Shown: positions 45,899 to 57,906 of the stretch, in pieces | Layout of the letters: each line of letters opens with the position of its first letter | Position numbering within the stretch: position 1 is the first letter of the stretch | Assembly (NCBI RefSeq): GCF_963921235.1 | Contig: NC_086109.1 | Location: 12,648,001-12,712,000, forward strand | DNA: 64,000 nucleotides | Direction of reading: 5' to 3' | From: Mobula hypostoma | Taxonomy: Eukaryota | Program-made: the position numbers and the translations under genes | The notes under the pieces: generated by a model | The model's input: the letters and a program-made list of their open reading frames with translations, nothing else | Told to the model about the DNA's origin: nothing | Database searches by the model: none

Positions 45899-48756
45899 CT
45901 ACATTCTTGAATCACCTCAGCCCTTGCACTACAATGAGGTCAAAAGCAACACAACACAAAATACTCGGAAACTCAGCAGGTCAGTCAGAATCTGTGGAGG
46001 TGAATAGATAGTCAAGGTTTCAGTCGGAGGCCCTTCTTTTACCAGTTCTCACCAGCCTGGTTCTTCTCCTTGGTCCCCTCCTCCTTCTTTTTCTCCTATG
46101 GTCCACTTTCCTCTCCTATCAGATTCCTTTTTTTACAGCCTTTACAACTGTTACTATCCAGCTGGCATCACTGATCACCTTCCAGATAGCCTTCCACCCC
46201 TCACCCATGTTTTGATTCAGACAGCTTCTCACTTTCTTCTCAGACCCGACTAAGAGCCTGAGCCTGAAATGTCGACTATCTATTCATTTCCACAGATGCT
46301 GCCTGACTTGCTGAGTTCCCTCCAGCATTTTCTGTGTGTTGGTTTGGATTTCCAGCATCTGCAGATTTTCCAGTGTTTACAATGAAATCAAGGTTGAACG
46401 ATTAACATTGTTCAGATAAAATTCAAGATGGCACCGAGAAGTCGTGACTCTGTGTAGAGCTCCAATGGTAATCATCGAACATTCCCATTTAGGACTGCTA
46501 CATTTAATTTCACAACATACATTATGTCAGTGATATTAAAACTGATTTTGATTATGATTCTGTATTACTTCTACAATATGTGTGACACATGAGAATTGTT
46601 ATCCCTTGTCATGAAGCTCTCCTCAGACTTCATCTGCCCCAGGGAATTGCACAGCATGAATGTGGATAGATCACACTTCGACAAACATAGAAAGATCAAA
46701 CCTGGTGAACAGAGATACTGTGATGCTAGAGACAGAGAATCTCAGCAAAGGTATGCAGGGTTAGGGGAAAGGGAGACAATGGAGCTGAGCTGGGTAAGAC
46801 AGAAATGTCTTCTCCTTGGACAAGTGTGTCCAGTCCATTAACTGTGCCCTGTGATTCTATGAGAAATAGAAACAACAGGGGTTGTCTACTTAACACAGAT
46901 CATTTCCTGTCAAAATTGAGTTGATTTGGTTTAAGAACAGATCTGATATGGATTTTACTCCATTGTGACTGTGTAATTCCACTCACTTGGTTTCCTCTCA
47001 CATCTAATCAGAGTGAAGTGAAAATCCATCAGAGTTCTTGAAATTGCACCAACAGATGGAATAGAATTCAGAAAAGGTGAGCTTTAAAGTTTCCTTCAAA
47101 GAGCAGACACAGCTTTCAGAGAGGAGAGGGAATGAAGTGAAGTACTGTATGCTGAGTTTGCATGAAAAGCCCCTTCTACATCACACCTATTTCCTACTTT
47201 GTTCCCTCCTTAGCAGCAAGTTCCCCAAAACATTGAAGTATCAGAATCAAAATCAGAACCCGAATCAGAATCACGTTTATTATCACTGGCATGTGTCATG
47301 AAATGTGTTAACCTAGCAGCAGCAGTTCAATGTAATATATAATATAGAAGAGAAAAAAAAAATAAAATAAATAAATAAATTACAGTATACATATACTGAA
47401 TAGATTAAAATCATGCACAAACAGAAATAATATACATTAAAAAAAAGTGAGGTAGTCTTTATGCATAAAATATCCATTTAGGAATTGGATGACAGAGGGG
47501 AAAAAGCTGTTCCTGAATTGCTGAGTGTGTGTCTTCAGGCTTCTGTATCTCCTAACTGATGGTAACATTGAGAAAAGGGTTTGCCCTGAGTGCTGGGGGT
47601 ACCAAGGCAAGATCCAGAATGATGTATAAAGCTTGGAGTGTAAGTCCATAACTCCCTGAAATTTGGAACAGAGGGAGATGGGTTTCCGCTAATGGCAATG
47701 AGCCAGCAATGTGCATATGAAAATTCAGGTTGCAAATGTATAAAAATATGATTAGGACACACTTCAGGTCAGTGTGTAGTTGTGTTTGCAGTATATCAAG
47801 AAGGATGTGGATACATTGGAGGGATTGCAGAAGAGGTTCAGCAGATTGCTGCCTGTATTAGAAGACCATAGGACCAAAAGGCAGAGAAGAAGAATTAGGC
47901 CATTCTTCCCATTGAGTCTATCCACCATTCCATTCTGCCTGATTTATTTTCTCTCTCAACCCTATTCTGCTGCCTTCTCCCCATAATCTTTCATGCCCTT
48001 ACTATTCAAGAATTTATCAATCTCCACGTTAAGTATACCCAGTGAATTGGCCTCCACGGCCACCTGTGGCAGTGAATTTGACAGATTCACCACCCTCCAG
48101 ATAAAACAACTTTCCCTCATCTCTGTTCTAAAGGAGTGTGCTTGTACTCAGAGGCACTGCCCTCCGATCCTAGAACTCCCCATCACAGGGAACATCCTCT
48201 CCATATCCACTCTCTCTTGTCCTTCCAATATTCAGTAGATTTGAATATGATTCCCCCTTTCCCCCTCATTCTTCTAATCTCCAGTGAGTATACGCCTAGA
48301 GCCATCAAACTTTCTCCTCACACTCACAACACTCAACATGGGCTCTTTCTCTTTCCATCATTAACTTTTCACCATGAACACTTTTCCTAATGATGCACCA
48401 CGGCTAACGTTATAAATCAAGCAAAAAATAAATTGAACTTCAGGAGTGAGATGGTCAACATTTCAGATTAATCCCCTGCTTCAGGACACCTACAGTCGTT
48501 TATTTTGACTTCAGATTAAAACGTTTCCTGTTGCTTGTGTCTAATATTTTAACACTTCTCAGCATTTCATTCAGTCTTTGAGAATTGTTTAAATGTTCCT
48601 GTCTGGCTAAATATAACTAAAAGCTTTTCAGATTGTCACGTACCACACACCAATTGTGTTACTGTAGTTTTTTTTGATCAAACTTCCTACTGCCTTCTTC
48701 CTTATTTTTATTTCAGTCATTTCTCTATGAGTCCTGGCTGTGTCTCTGTGATTAAA

Positions 48757-48796
48757 ATGATGTGGACATTGATTCTTCTGATTGGTTTCCTACCTG
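48757..48796 (+). CDS. Leader exon of the (V-C2)2 CD300/pIgR/MDIR-like receptor
   Basis: MMWTLILLIGFLP G|GTGAGT, phase 1. Confidence 0.85.
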
Positions 48797-49732
48797 GTGA
48801 GTTTCAGACAGCACTGGACAACTGCATAATCAGTGTTGGATTGGGGGTCGTACAACATTTCCACAACAATGCTTGAATGCCTGTAGACACTAAAGATGTC
48901 GGAAACTGGATTTCAGAGTTCACTCCTGGAGAAACTCAAAGTGTCAAGCAGCATCTGTCAGAGGGAGGGGAAAGGCCAATGGTTTGGATCGAGACCCTGC
49001 CTCATGTGTGAGTAGAGAGGGAGAGGGTGTAAATAGGAGAGGGGGAAGCATGAAACTGGGTCCTCAAGTTAGACGGGGCTGAGGAGAGGTGAAGCACAAC
49101 AGGCAAATGGAGCGGGGTGGAGAAAGGATGGTGTTTGGAGATGGGTGAGAGGTGGAAGCAGATAAGGAGAAAAGAGGAATAGTGTAGAGCCCGGTGTGGG
49201 GAGAATATGTCCAGCTGGAGAAATCTACTGGAAGCTGTTAAGCGAGAACATCAGGTCTCCCATTGCTGGAATCTGATCTCACTCTTCAGGGATCACTATG
49301 ACATTCAACATTATTGTCTTGAAATCAGAGTTCTTCCTGGGCCACTTCAGTGGTGCAGTTAGCAGAGAACGTTACTAGATCTGGATTCAAAGGTAAACCA
49401 GGGTGGTAGGGATGAGAGATTTCTCTCCCTAAAAGCCTTTCCAATCCAGATGGGATTTTGACAATCTGGTAGTTCATCATGATTATTGAAACTTGTTTTT
49501 TAAATTCCAGAAATTATAAGTTGGATTCTAGCACTCAAAGTATCCCAACAGTTACTGAAATCACACCTGGATTTCTAGACACTAATGTACTAATGACCAC
49601 TGTTGCACCACCTTCTAACTACACATAGAAATACTTGATAGGTACAATATTTACAATTTGCTTCAAAACCAGAGGGCACAGTTTCAGACATTATGAGGGG
49701 TCTCTTTCTGCAGTTTATAAACTTCTCCGAGA

Positions 49733-49754
49733 ACACACACACACACACACACAC
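49733..49754 (+). repeat. (CA)n microsatellite in intron 1
   Basis: acacacacacacacacacacac. Confidence 0.9.
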
Positions 49755-50124
49755 AAAATTGGGAGCATCTTAGATGAAACAGCTGGGATCTCTGTGCACA
49801 TTTCAAAGGCTGACATAATCTGCGTAATTGAAAGTTCAACACTGCTGCTCTCCCTCAGTACTGCACCAGAAGATCAACCCTGGGTTTCTGCTCAGGACTC
49901 TGGAGTGGGAAGTGAACCCACAATGTACTGACACAGGGGAGAGAGATCACTGACACAGCTGACATAGTAACAGCACTGACTGCACTTCACACCAAAATCA
50001 TTAGCTGAGGTGTCGTGTTCCACATGCTGAATGTGACCTGGACCTGTTTTTACCATCATGTTGAAAGTTAATTGTTTGCATTAAATTGTTCCTTTCCCCT
50101 CAAATCTGAAAATGCCTCTCTCAG

Positions 50125-50445
50125 ATTCAGGTGCATTGTCGGCAAAGAAATATGTAAGGGGAGTTGTGGGAAGAGCGATCACAATTGATTGTCACTATGA
50201 AGAAATGTACCGCTCATACACAAAGTACTGGTGCCATGGATGGAGTCTCCAGTGTACAACTTTAGTGAAAACAAATGGGCAACATGGACAGAGTGGACGA
50301 ATGTCAATCACAGATAAGCTGAAACGAAGAATATTTACTGTTACTATGGATAATCTTCATTATGGAGATACAGGATGGTACAGCTGTGGAATTACAAGAG
50401 CAGTTGCCGATCTGCTGTTTAATGTACAAATACAAGTATCTGATG
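50125..50445 (+). CDS. V-set Ig exon 1 (CD300/pIgR-type, four Cys)
   Basis: ctctctcAG acceptor, 321 bp, phase 1-1, donor G|GTAGGT. SGALSAKKYVRGVVGRAITIDCHY..KYWCHGWSLQC..FTVTMDNLHYGDTGWYSCG. An alternative acceptor 6 nt downstream keeps the frame. Confidence 0.92.
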
Positions 50446-50499
50446 GTAGGTTTCTCAGTGATTAACTTTGTGCCTTCAGTAAAATAAATGTCTCATCCA

Positions 50500-51690
50500 T
50501 GGTTACTTTGGGAAATAAAGTGCCACATAAAAGACTTATCAAAAAGATAAAGATGCATAGAGTTGGGGCTGTGTATTATCATGGATAGAGGATTAGTTAA
50601 CGATTAGAAAGCAGAGAGTTGGGATACATGGGTGTCACTCTGGTTGGCAGTCAGTGGTAAGCGGTGTACCGCAGGGGTTGGTGTTGGGCCTGCAACTGTT
50701 GATTATATACATCAACGATCTGGAAGAGGAGACCAAGTGTTGCGTATCTAAGTTTGCTGATGTCACTAAATTGAATGGAAAAGCAAATTGTGCAGAAGGT
50801 ACGGAGAGTCTGCAGTTAGATATAGATAGGTTACGCGAGTGGGCAAGGGTCTGGCAGATGGAGTACAATATTGGTAAATGTGAGGTCATTCACTTTGGAA
50901 GGATAAATGAAAGAGCATATTATTATTTAAACAGTAAAAAAAATTGCATCATGCTGCTGTGCAGTGGGGCTTGAGAGTGCTTGTACATGAATCACAAAAG
51001 GTTGGTTTGCAGGTGCAGCAGGCTATCAAGAAGGCAAATGGAATGTTGGCCTTCATTGCTAGAGAGATTGAATTTGAAAGCAGAGAGGTTATGCTGCAAC
51101 TGTATGGGGTACTGGTGAGGCCGCACCTGGTGTACTGCATACAATTCTGGTCTCCTTACTTGAGGAAGGATACACTGGTTTTGGAGGCAGCGCAGAGGAG
51201 GCTCCTCAGGTTGATTCCAGAAACAAGGAGGTTAGACTTTGAGGAGAGATTGAGTCACCTGGGACTGTACTCACTGGAATTGAGAAGTATGAGAGGAGAT
51301 CTTATAGAAACATATAACATTATGAAAGGGATGGAAAAGATAGAGGCAGGAAAATTGTTTCCACTGGTACGTGAGACTAGAATTAGGCGACTTAGCCTCA
51401 AGATTTGGGGGAGTAGATTTAGGATGGAGATGAGGAGGAACTGCTTTTTCCAGAGAGTGGTGAATCTATGGAATTCTCTGCCCATTGAAGCAGTGGAGGC
51501 TACCTCAGTCAATATATTTAAGACAAGGTTGGATAGTTTTTTGCAAAGTAGGGGAATTAAGAGTTACGGGGAAAAGGCAGATAGGTGGAGATGAGTCCAT
51601 GGTCAGATCAGCCATAAACTTATTGAACTGTGGAGCAGGCTCGATGGGTCAGATAGCCTACTCCTGCTCCTATTTCTTTTGTTGTTATGT
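50500..51690 (+). mobile_element. CR1 3' fragment (second subfamily) in the V1-C2 intron
   Basis: GVPQGLVLG, FADVTK and LVRPHLVYC in ORFs 50654-50974 and 50944-51594. Further fragments at 40780-41160 and 53290-54230. Confidence 0.85.
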
Positions 51691-51989
51691 TCTTATGAAT
51701 GCTCAGAGCATTAGATGACCTGGGGAGTTGCGATGTGCTGATCCCAGGGTTAAACTTGTTGAATGGATAAATGCAATCTCCTCCTCCTCCTCCGCAGTCT
51801 CAGCAGAGTTACAAGATCTTTGTCTGGACCATGTCCATCCCTAAAGATCTCTGCATTAATCTCAGTGCCAAATGTTTCTCTCTGTACACTGAACCCCATC
51901 ACAAATTTATTTTCTCCTGAAGCCATCGAAAATCTGACGGTTATCTCACAAGCTACTGCTTTTAAACACTCAACCATCACTTTATTAGC

Positions 51990-52570
51990 TACCTCTTGTA
52001 CAGAATAAAGTAACCAATGGATGTATGTTTGTTGTCTTATGCTGCTGTAGCCCATCCACTTCAAGGTTCAATGTATTGTGCATTTAGAGATGCTCTTATG
52101 CAGACCACTGTTGTAACACATGGTTATCTTGAACACCTTTGTTGTGACACATCTGAATTCCTGTTATCTTTCCGTCAGCTTGAACCAGTCTGGCCATTCT
52201 CCTCTGACCTCTCTCATCAGCAAAGGTTTTCTGCTCAGAGAATTGCTGCTCACTGGATGTTACTCTTTGTTTTTGCACACCATTCTTTGCCAAGTCTAGA
52301 GACAGTGGGTGTGAAAATCCCAGGAGATCTGAAGTTTCTGAGATACTTAAACTCCCCAATCTGGCACCAACAATCATTCCATGGGTAAAGTTACTTTAAT
52401 CATATTTCTTCCTCATATTCCTGATATTTGGCCCGAACAACAAGTGAACCTCTTGACCATGTCGGCATCCTTTGATGAATTGTGTTTCTGCCACACAATT
52501 AGCTCATTCGATATTTGTATCAACGAGCAGGTGAACAGGTGTACTTAATAATATAGCCAAAGAGTGTTTG
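51990..52570. mobile_element. Tc1-derived MITE in intron
   Basis: Terminal acaggtgtacttaataa..gccaaagagtg and internal gaaaatcccaggagatc..tttctgagatactc; homologues at 37450-37660, 38780-38855 and 39170-39370. Confidence 0.55.
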
Positions 52571-52618
52571 ATTTTCAGATGTTTATTCAGGGTCTGAATA
52601 TTTAATTCCTTCCCACAG

Positions 52619-52939
52619 AACCTGTGTCTGTTCCTGTGCTTCGATATCTGTCATCGGCAAATGTCTCCCGTATCGGGGGCTCATTGACAGTTTCCTGTGA
52701 GTCCTTCCAGGGATCCCTTCCCATTCAGTACACATGGTATGAAAAAACCTCATTTGGGCATCTAAAGATCTCAGATACAAAAGAACTGGCTCTACATTGT
52801 CAATCCTTCAACCAGCAGCACCATCAATACTACTGTAGTGCCTCGAATTGGCATGGAGAAAGATCCAGTGCAATGGTTGATGTGACAGTCTTCAAAAACG
52901 GAGAGATCTGCAGCTATGTGACAGAAATCAATGGCACCA
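52619..52939 (+). CDS. C2/I-type Ig exon 1 (FcR-like)
   Basis: ttcccacAG, 321 bp, phase 1-1, donor A|GTAAGT. PVSVPVLRYLSSANVSRIGGSLTVSCESFQGSLPIQYTWY..LHCQS..YYCSASNWHG..ICSYVTEINGT. Confidence 0.92.
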
Positions 52940-55878
52940 GTAAGTCCTCCTTTCAAGAGAGGATACGTTTAAATATTTCTTTTTGTTCCTCTGTTACTGC
53001 TGCTCTTACACTTCTAGTTTGGGTAAGGAATATCTTTACATTTCTAGAAGCCACACATTGCAGTCACCATGGGGTAGAAATAAAGTGCAGAGAACAGTTA
53101 AGTCTGGCTCTTCGTCCAGGAAAACGTGGAGCATCTCAAACACAGTTGGATTTGCACATCCAGACAAATTGGGAGCATTGCATAAATATTTCTAGCTTCT
53201 ACACTGAAGATGCTAGAGTAGGTGTTGAGTTGTGGGACAGTGACACGTCATGCAAACAAAAGGAAGGGCATATAAAATAGCAAATATTAGTGGGACGTTA
53301 GAGAATTGGGGAACTTTTTAAAAGCAACAGAAGGCAATGAGAAAAGTCACGAGGAGAGAAAAGATGAAATTTTAAGGAAAACTAGCCAATAATATAAAAA
53401 AGGATACCAAAAATTTTCAGATATAAAAGTGTAAAAGAGAAGTGAGAGTGGATATCAAAACACTGGATAATGGAGCTGGAGAGATAGTAATAAGAGACAA
53501 AGAAACGGCGGACGAACCTAGTTACTAACTTGTAACAGTCGTTACTGAGGAAGGAATAAATAGAATGAAAGAAATCTGGGAACGTCAGGGGAGCAGAAGT
53601 GAGTGTGGTTGCTCTTGCTAAGGAGAAGGTGCTTGGGAGCTGAGAGGTCTGAAGGTAGATAAGTTACCTTGTCCAGATAGACTACACCCCAGGGTTCTGA
53701 AAGAGGCAACTGAAGAGATTGTGGTGGCATCAGTAGTGATGTTTCAACAATCACTAGATTTTAGAAAGTTCCAGAGAACTGGAAATGTCACTCCACTCAT
53801 TAAGAAGGAGGGGAGGGAAAAGGAAGGAAATTAGAGACCAGTTAGACTGACTTGAATATTTAGGAAAATGTTGAAGGCCATTATTAAGGATGAGGTTTCA
53901 GGGTACTTGGAGGCATATGATAAAATATGGTTTCCTCAAGGGGATATTTTACCTGAAAAAGATGTTGGAATTCTTTGAGGAAATAAGAGCAGGATAGACA
54001 AAGGAAAATCAGTGGATGTTGTTTACTTATATTTTTGGAAGGCCTTTGACAAGGTGTCACACATTGGGCTGTTGAACATGATAAGAACCTGTGGTAGCAC
54101 AAGAAAGATACTCATGTGTATAGAAGATTAGCTGACTGGCAGGAGGCAAAGAGTGGGAATAAAGGAGGCATTTCTGTTTTCTGTCAGTGACTCATGGTGT
54201 TCTGCAGGGGTCGGCCTTTGTGAATGTTTTCGGTGCTCTCTCTGATTTAATCATGCACTTCCTCTGGAACTGCACACAGCAATTGAGGTGAAGTCTAGAC
54301 AGTGTTCTTTATAGCTGTAACATGCCATCCCAACTGTACTTATTGCCTCATCCATTGAAGGCAAGCATGGCATCTGCCTTGTTCACCACTTTGTCCACCT
54401 GCGTTGCCACTTTCAGAGACCCATTTAGTTGTACACCTAGTTCTCTCCTATCCTTGTTTAATTTCCCAAAATTCAACTCTTCACACTGCCTGAGTTCAAT
54501 TCCATCAGCCATTTATTTCATTGGCCACTTTCCCAGTTCAAAGTTTAAAGTAAATTTATTATCAAAGTCTGTACACCCCAAACAAACTAGAGATTCATCT
54601 TCTTGCGGACACCCACAAAACAAAGTAACACAATGGAATCCACGACAAGCCACACACAATAAAGGCTGATAAATATCAAACGTGTAAAAGAAGGTAAATC
54701 ATGCAAACACTAAAAATCTGTAAACAAATAATACATAGAACATGAATCGCAGAGTCCCCAAAAGTGAATACACAGCTTCAGAGTCAGTTCGGTGCTGAGG
54801 TGAACGAAGCTGGTCCAGGAGCCGGTCGCGTGGGACCCAAGACTCCTCCACCTCCTGCCCAATGGTAGTAGCGAGAAGAGCAGGAGACAGGTCAAATTCA
54901 GGCAGACGGGATGGGCACAGGTACAGGGAATCTTGCTGACAGAGAGAAATGGAGCTGAACACTTGTTCATTTTCCAGATCCAGTTGTAAAATTCAACAAC
55001 TCTTTTCACTGTCCACTACATTACTGTGACGTCCACAAATTATTAATCATGACACCTACAATATTGTTACAAATTATCGATACAGATGAAAGTAACTGGT
55101 TAATAAATAAGAATACTGATCCCAGCAGCACTCAACTGGTGAAGAAGTCTAACATCGTCAAAAAAAAAACAACACTCCACTACCAATCTGACTCGTTCCA
55201 CCAAGCCTATTCAGTATCGATCCAGCTAGCATCCCATGTGATCTCACATTACAGATCAGTCTACAATGTGAGACCCTGTCAAAAGCCTTGCTAAACTCCT
55301 TACCTTCATCAGTCCCTTTGGTCAGCCTTTCAAAAAAACTCAGTCAATTTCATTTCAGAGAGGTTCTCTCATGCACAAAATCATGTTGGCTATCCCAAAT
55401 CAGATCTTGTCTTTACGAATTCAGGCAAATCCTGTCTCACACAATTGCCTCCAGTAAGTTACCCCGCCACTGATCTTTTCCTCACCTGCCTGGATTGGGA
55501 CTGACTCAGAAATGTGGAAACACACTGAGACATTAGTGGGCAGTGACAATGATGACTTCAATCAAATAACGTGTGAAGAGCTCTGAGTATGTGATGAGGA
55601 ACGATGGTGTTGATTTCTCAGTTTCCCTGGAATTCAATTATACCCATAGACAGTGTGGGCTGTTTCCTTGGAGCACAGTAACAGCTTCCAATAAAGCATC
55701 CTTATTCATTACTATTGCATTCTTTATCATTTTTTTTTGGTGCTGCATTGGATCCGGAGTAACAATTTTTTTTTGCTCTCCTGTACACTAGGGTGCTGGA
55801 AATGACACAAAATAATCTTTAATCTGCTTGTGCAAATTTGATTTTACCTGTCTATTTTTTGAAGAATATCTCCCTCAG

Positions 55879-56199
55879 TTTCAGGTGCTTTATGGGCAGA
55901 AGATAAAGTAAGAAGAGTTGTGGGAAGAGCGATCACAATCGATTGTCACTATGCACCAATGTACCGTTCACACACAAAGTATTTGTGCCGCCTGTGGGGT
56001 CTCCTATGCACATCGTTAGTGAACACAAATGGGAAAAATGAGCAGTATGGAAGAAGGACAATCAGAGATCACACATCCCAGGGAACATTAACTGTTACTA
56101 TGGAGAATCTTGCCTCTCAAGATACAGGAATTTACAGATGTGGAATTACAACATCTGGCAATCATCCAGTGTTTGATGTGAATCTGCACGTATTTGACG
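55879..56199 (+). CDS. V-set Ig exon 2
   Basis: tccctcAG, 321 bp, phase 1-1, donor G|GTAGGT. SGALWAEDKVRRVVGRAITIDCHY..KYLC..LLC..LTVTMENLASQDTGIYRCG. Confidence 0.92.
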
Positions 56200-57329
56200 G
56201 TAGGTTTCTCATTGATTGACTTGGCGTCTCCACCAAATTGTCTGATTCATGTTTTCTCTGGGAATGGTTAGGGCAGCACCGATATCCTGAGGATCTGTAG
56301 AGGTACAGACTCCCACAGGGAGTGGCTGAGGATCAGGAAACCTCGCTCATATAGCTCTCACTCACTGACTGGAAACTGATTTCCAGTGGGAGGCTCGGCA
56401 CATTTTCCTGCCTCTGAACTGTATGAAATGTTACACTCTCGAAGTTTACTTTCAGACTAAAACTAATAATCTGAGAATAAGAAGTCAATGAGAAGCAAGT
56501 GTAACTCATGATCTAAATACCTCAAAAATCATAAAAAAGCAATCAAATCCAGATCAAAACAGCCTGTGTTCATTCCTCCTAGGCCAGGCTATCCCACTTC
56601 CCATCCGTGCTTCAAGTAGCACTCACTCCCTCCCCTACCACGTGCTCTTACTCTCTGTCCCCCACAATGTGCTCCAGTGTTCCACCTCTCAGCACCCATT
56701 GACTATCCACTTCCTGGCAGCCAGACTCTTCATCTGGCCCGTTGCTGTGGGAAATGGAGCAATGGAACTAGAGGGAACTTGGGACACATTCCAGACCAAG
56801 AATAGACTCTTTGGCCCACCATGGCTGCACTGATCATGATGTCATTCTAAGCTCATTCCATCATATTATATATGGTCCATATTCTTCCAGTCTCTCCTTT
56901 TTCATGTCCTCATCTAAAAGCCTCTTAAATATTGTTATGATATCCTTTTCTTCCAGCCAGTCTGACTTTGTGTTTCATGGAGCCACCACTTAGTGTAAAA
57001 AAAACTTGTTTTACAAACGTCCTTTAAACTTTCCCCCAGCTCACCTTAAAACTATACTCACTATTATTTGATATTTTAACCTTGGGAAAAAAATTATGAC
57101 TATTTTCCTTACATATGACTTCAGTCATTTTATGAACTTCTCACAGGTCTCTCCTCAGCCTCCTGTACACCAGCAAAAACAATTCTAGTTTGTTGAACTT
57201 CAACCCATAGTTAATACACTTCAATCCCAGTAACATTCATTCCTTCATTTATTTATTTATCCATCCATTTATTGATTTGTTTGTTTGCTTGTTTGTTTCT
57301 TCCTTTATGAAACACAATGTGGAATAGGA

Positions 57330-57610
57330 TCTTCCAGCCCTTTAAACTGTGCACCCAGTAACTCCGAGATTTAACTCCAGCCTAAACTTCGGACAATTTT
57401 CAATGACTAATTAACCTACCAATAAAAACAATTATTAAAAAAAACCTATCAAGTTCTTGGTCTTTGGACTGTGGGAGGAAACCAGAGCACCTGGAGGAAA
57501 CCCACGCGGTCATAGGGAGAACGTACAAACTCCTTACAGACAGCAGCAGGAATTTAACCCGGGTCACTGGTACGGTAAAGTGTTGTGCTAACCGCTACAC
57601 TACCATGCCA
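57330..57610 (-). mobile_element. V-SINE/HE1-like SINE
   Basis: gactgtgggaggaaaccagagcacctggaggaaacccacgcggtcatagggagaacgtacaaactcc..gtgctaaccgctacac. A plus-strand relative lies at 62545-62830. Confidence 0.75.
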
Positions 57611-57906
57611 GCTTGGTGTTATCTTCACCTGGTAAAGTCTTTACTCTCCTCCAAAACCGCCACATCTTTTCTAGAGTGTTGGAACCAGAACTACAAATTA
57701 CTGTATGTTGCAAATGTGCCCAAACAAAAGTTTTATGAAGCTACAAAGTGCCTTGTCAGCTTCAGTCTCCAACATGTAGAATGAAGAAGGCAAACATGCT
57801 GAATGCTTTCATTACCATTATATCCAGTTCTGTTGCTACTTTCAGGGAGCAATGGACTTGTATCCCAAGAACTCTCTGTACATGAACTGTAAAGGGATCC
57901 AGATAT

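Larger units (their letters stand above)
42380..48900 (+). repeat. Segmental duplication unit, copy 4, leading into the leader exon at 48757
   Basis: Blocks B-D plus pre-promoter and promoter, interrupted by a CR1 (43129-44077), a solo LTR, Penelope-derived repeats and a Rex fragment. Confidence 0.85.

Noticed and set aside
52940-53280. Extension of ORF 52624-53280 past the Ig domain as a TM region
   Set aside because: A strong donor (A|GTAAGT at 52940) gives the same 321-bp length as the other Ig exons; the extension is most likely intron read-through, although retention cannot be excluded.
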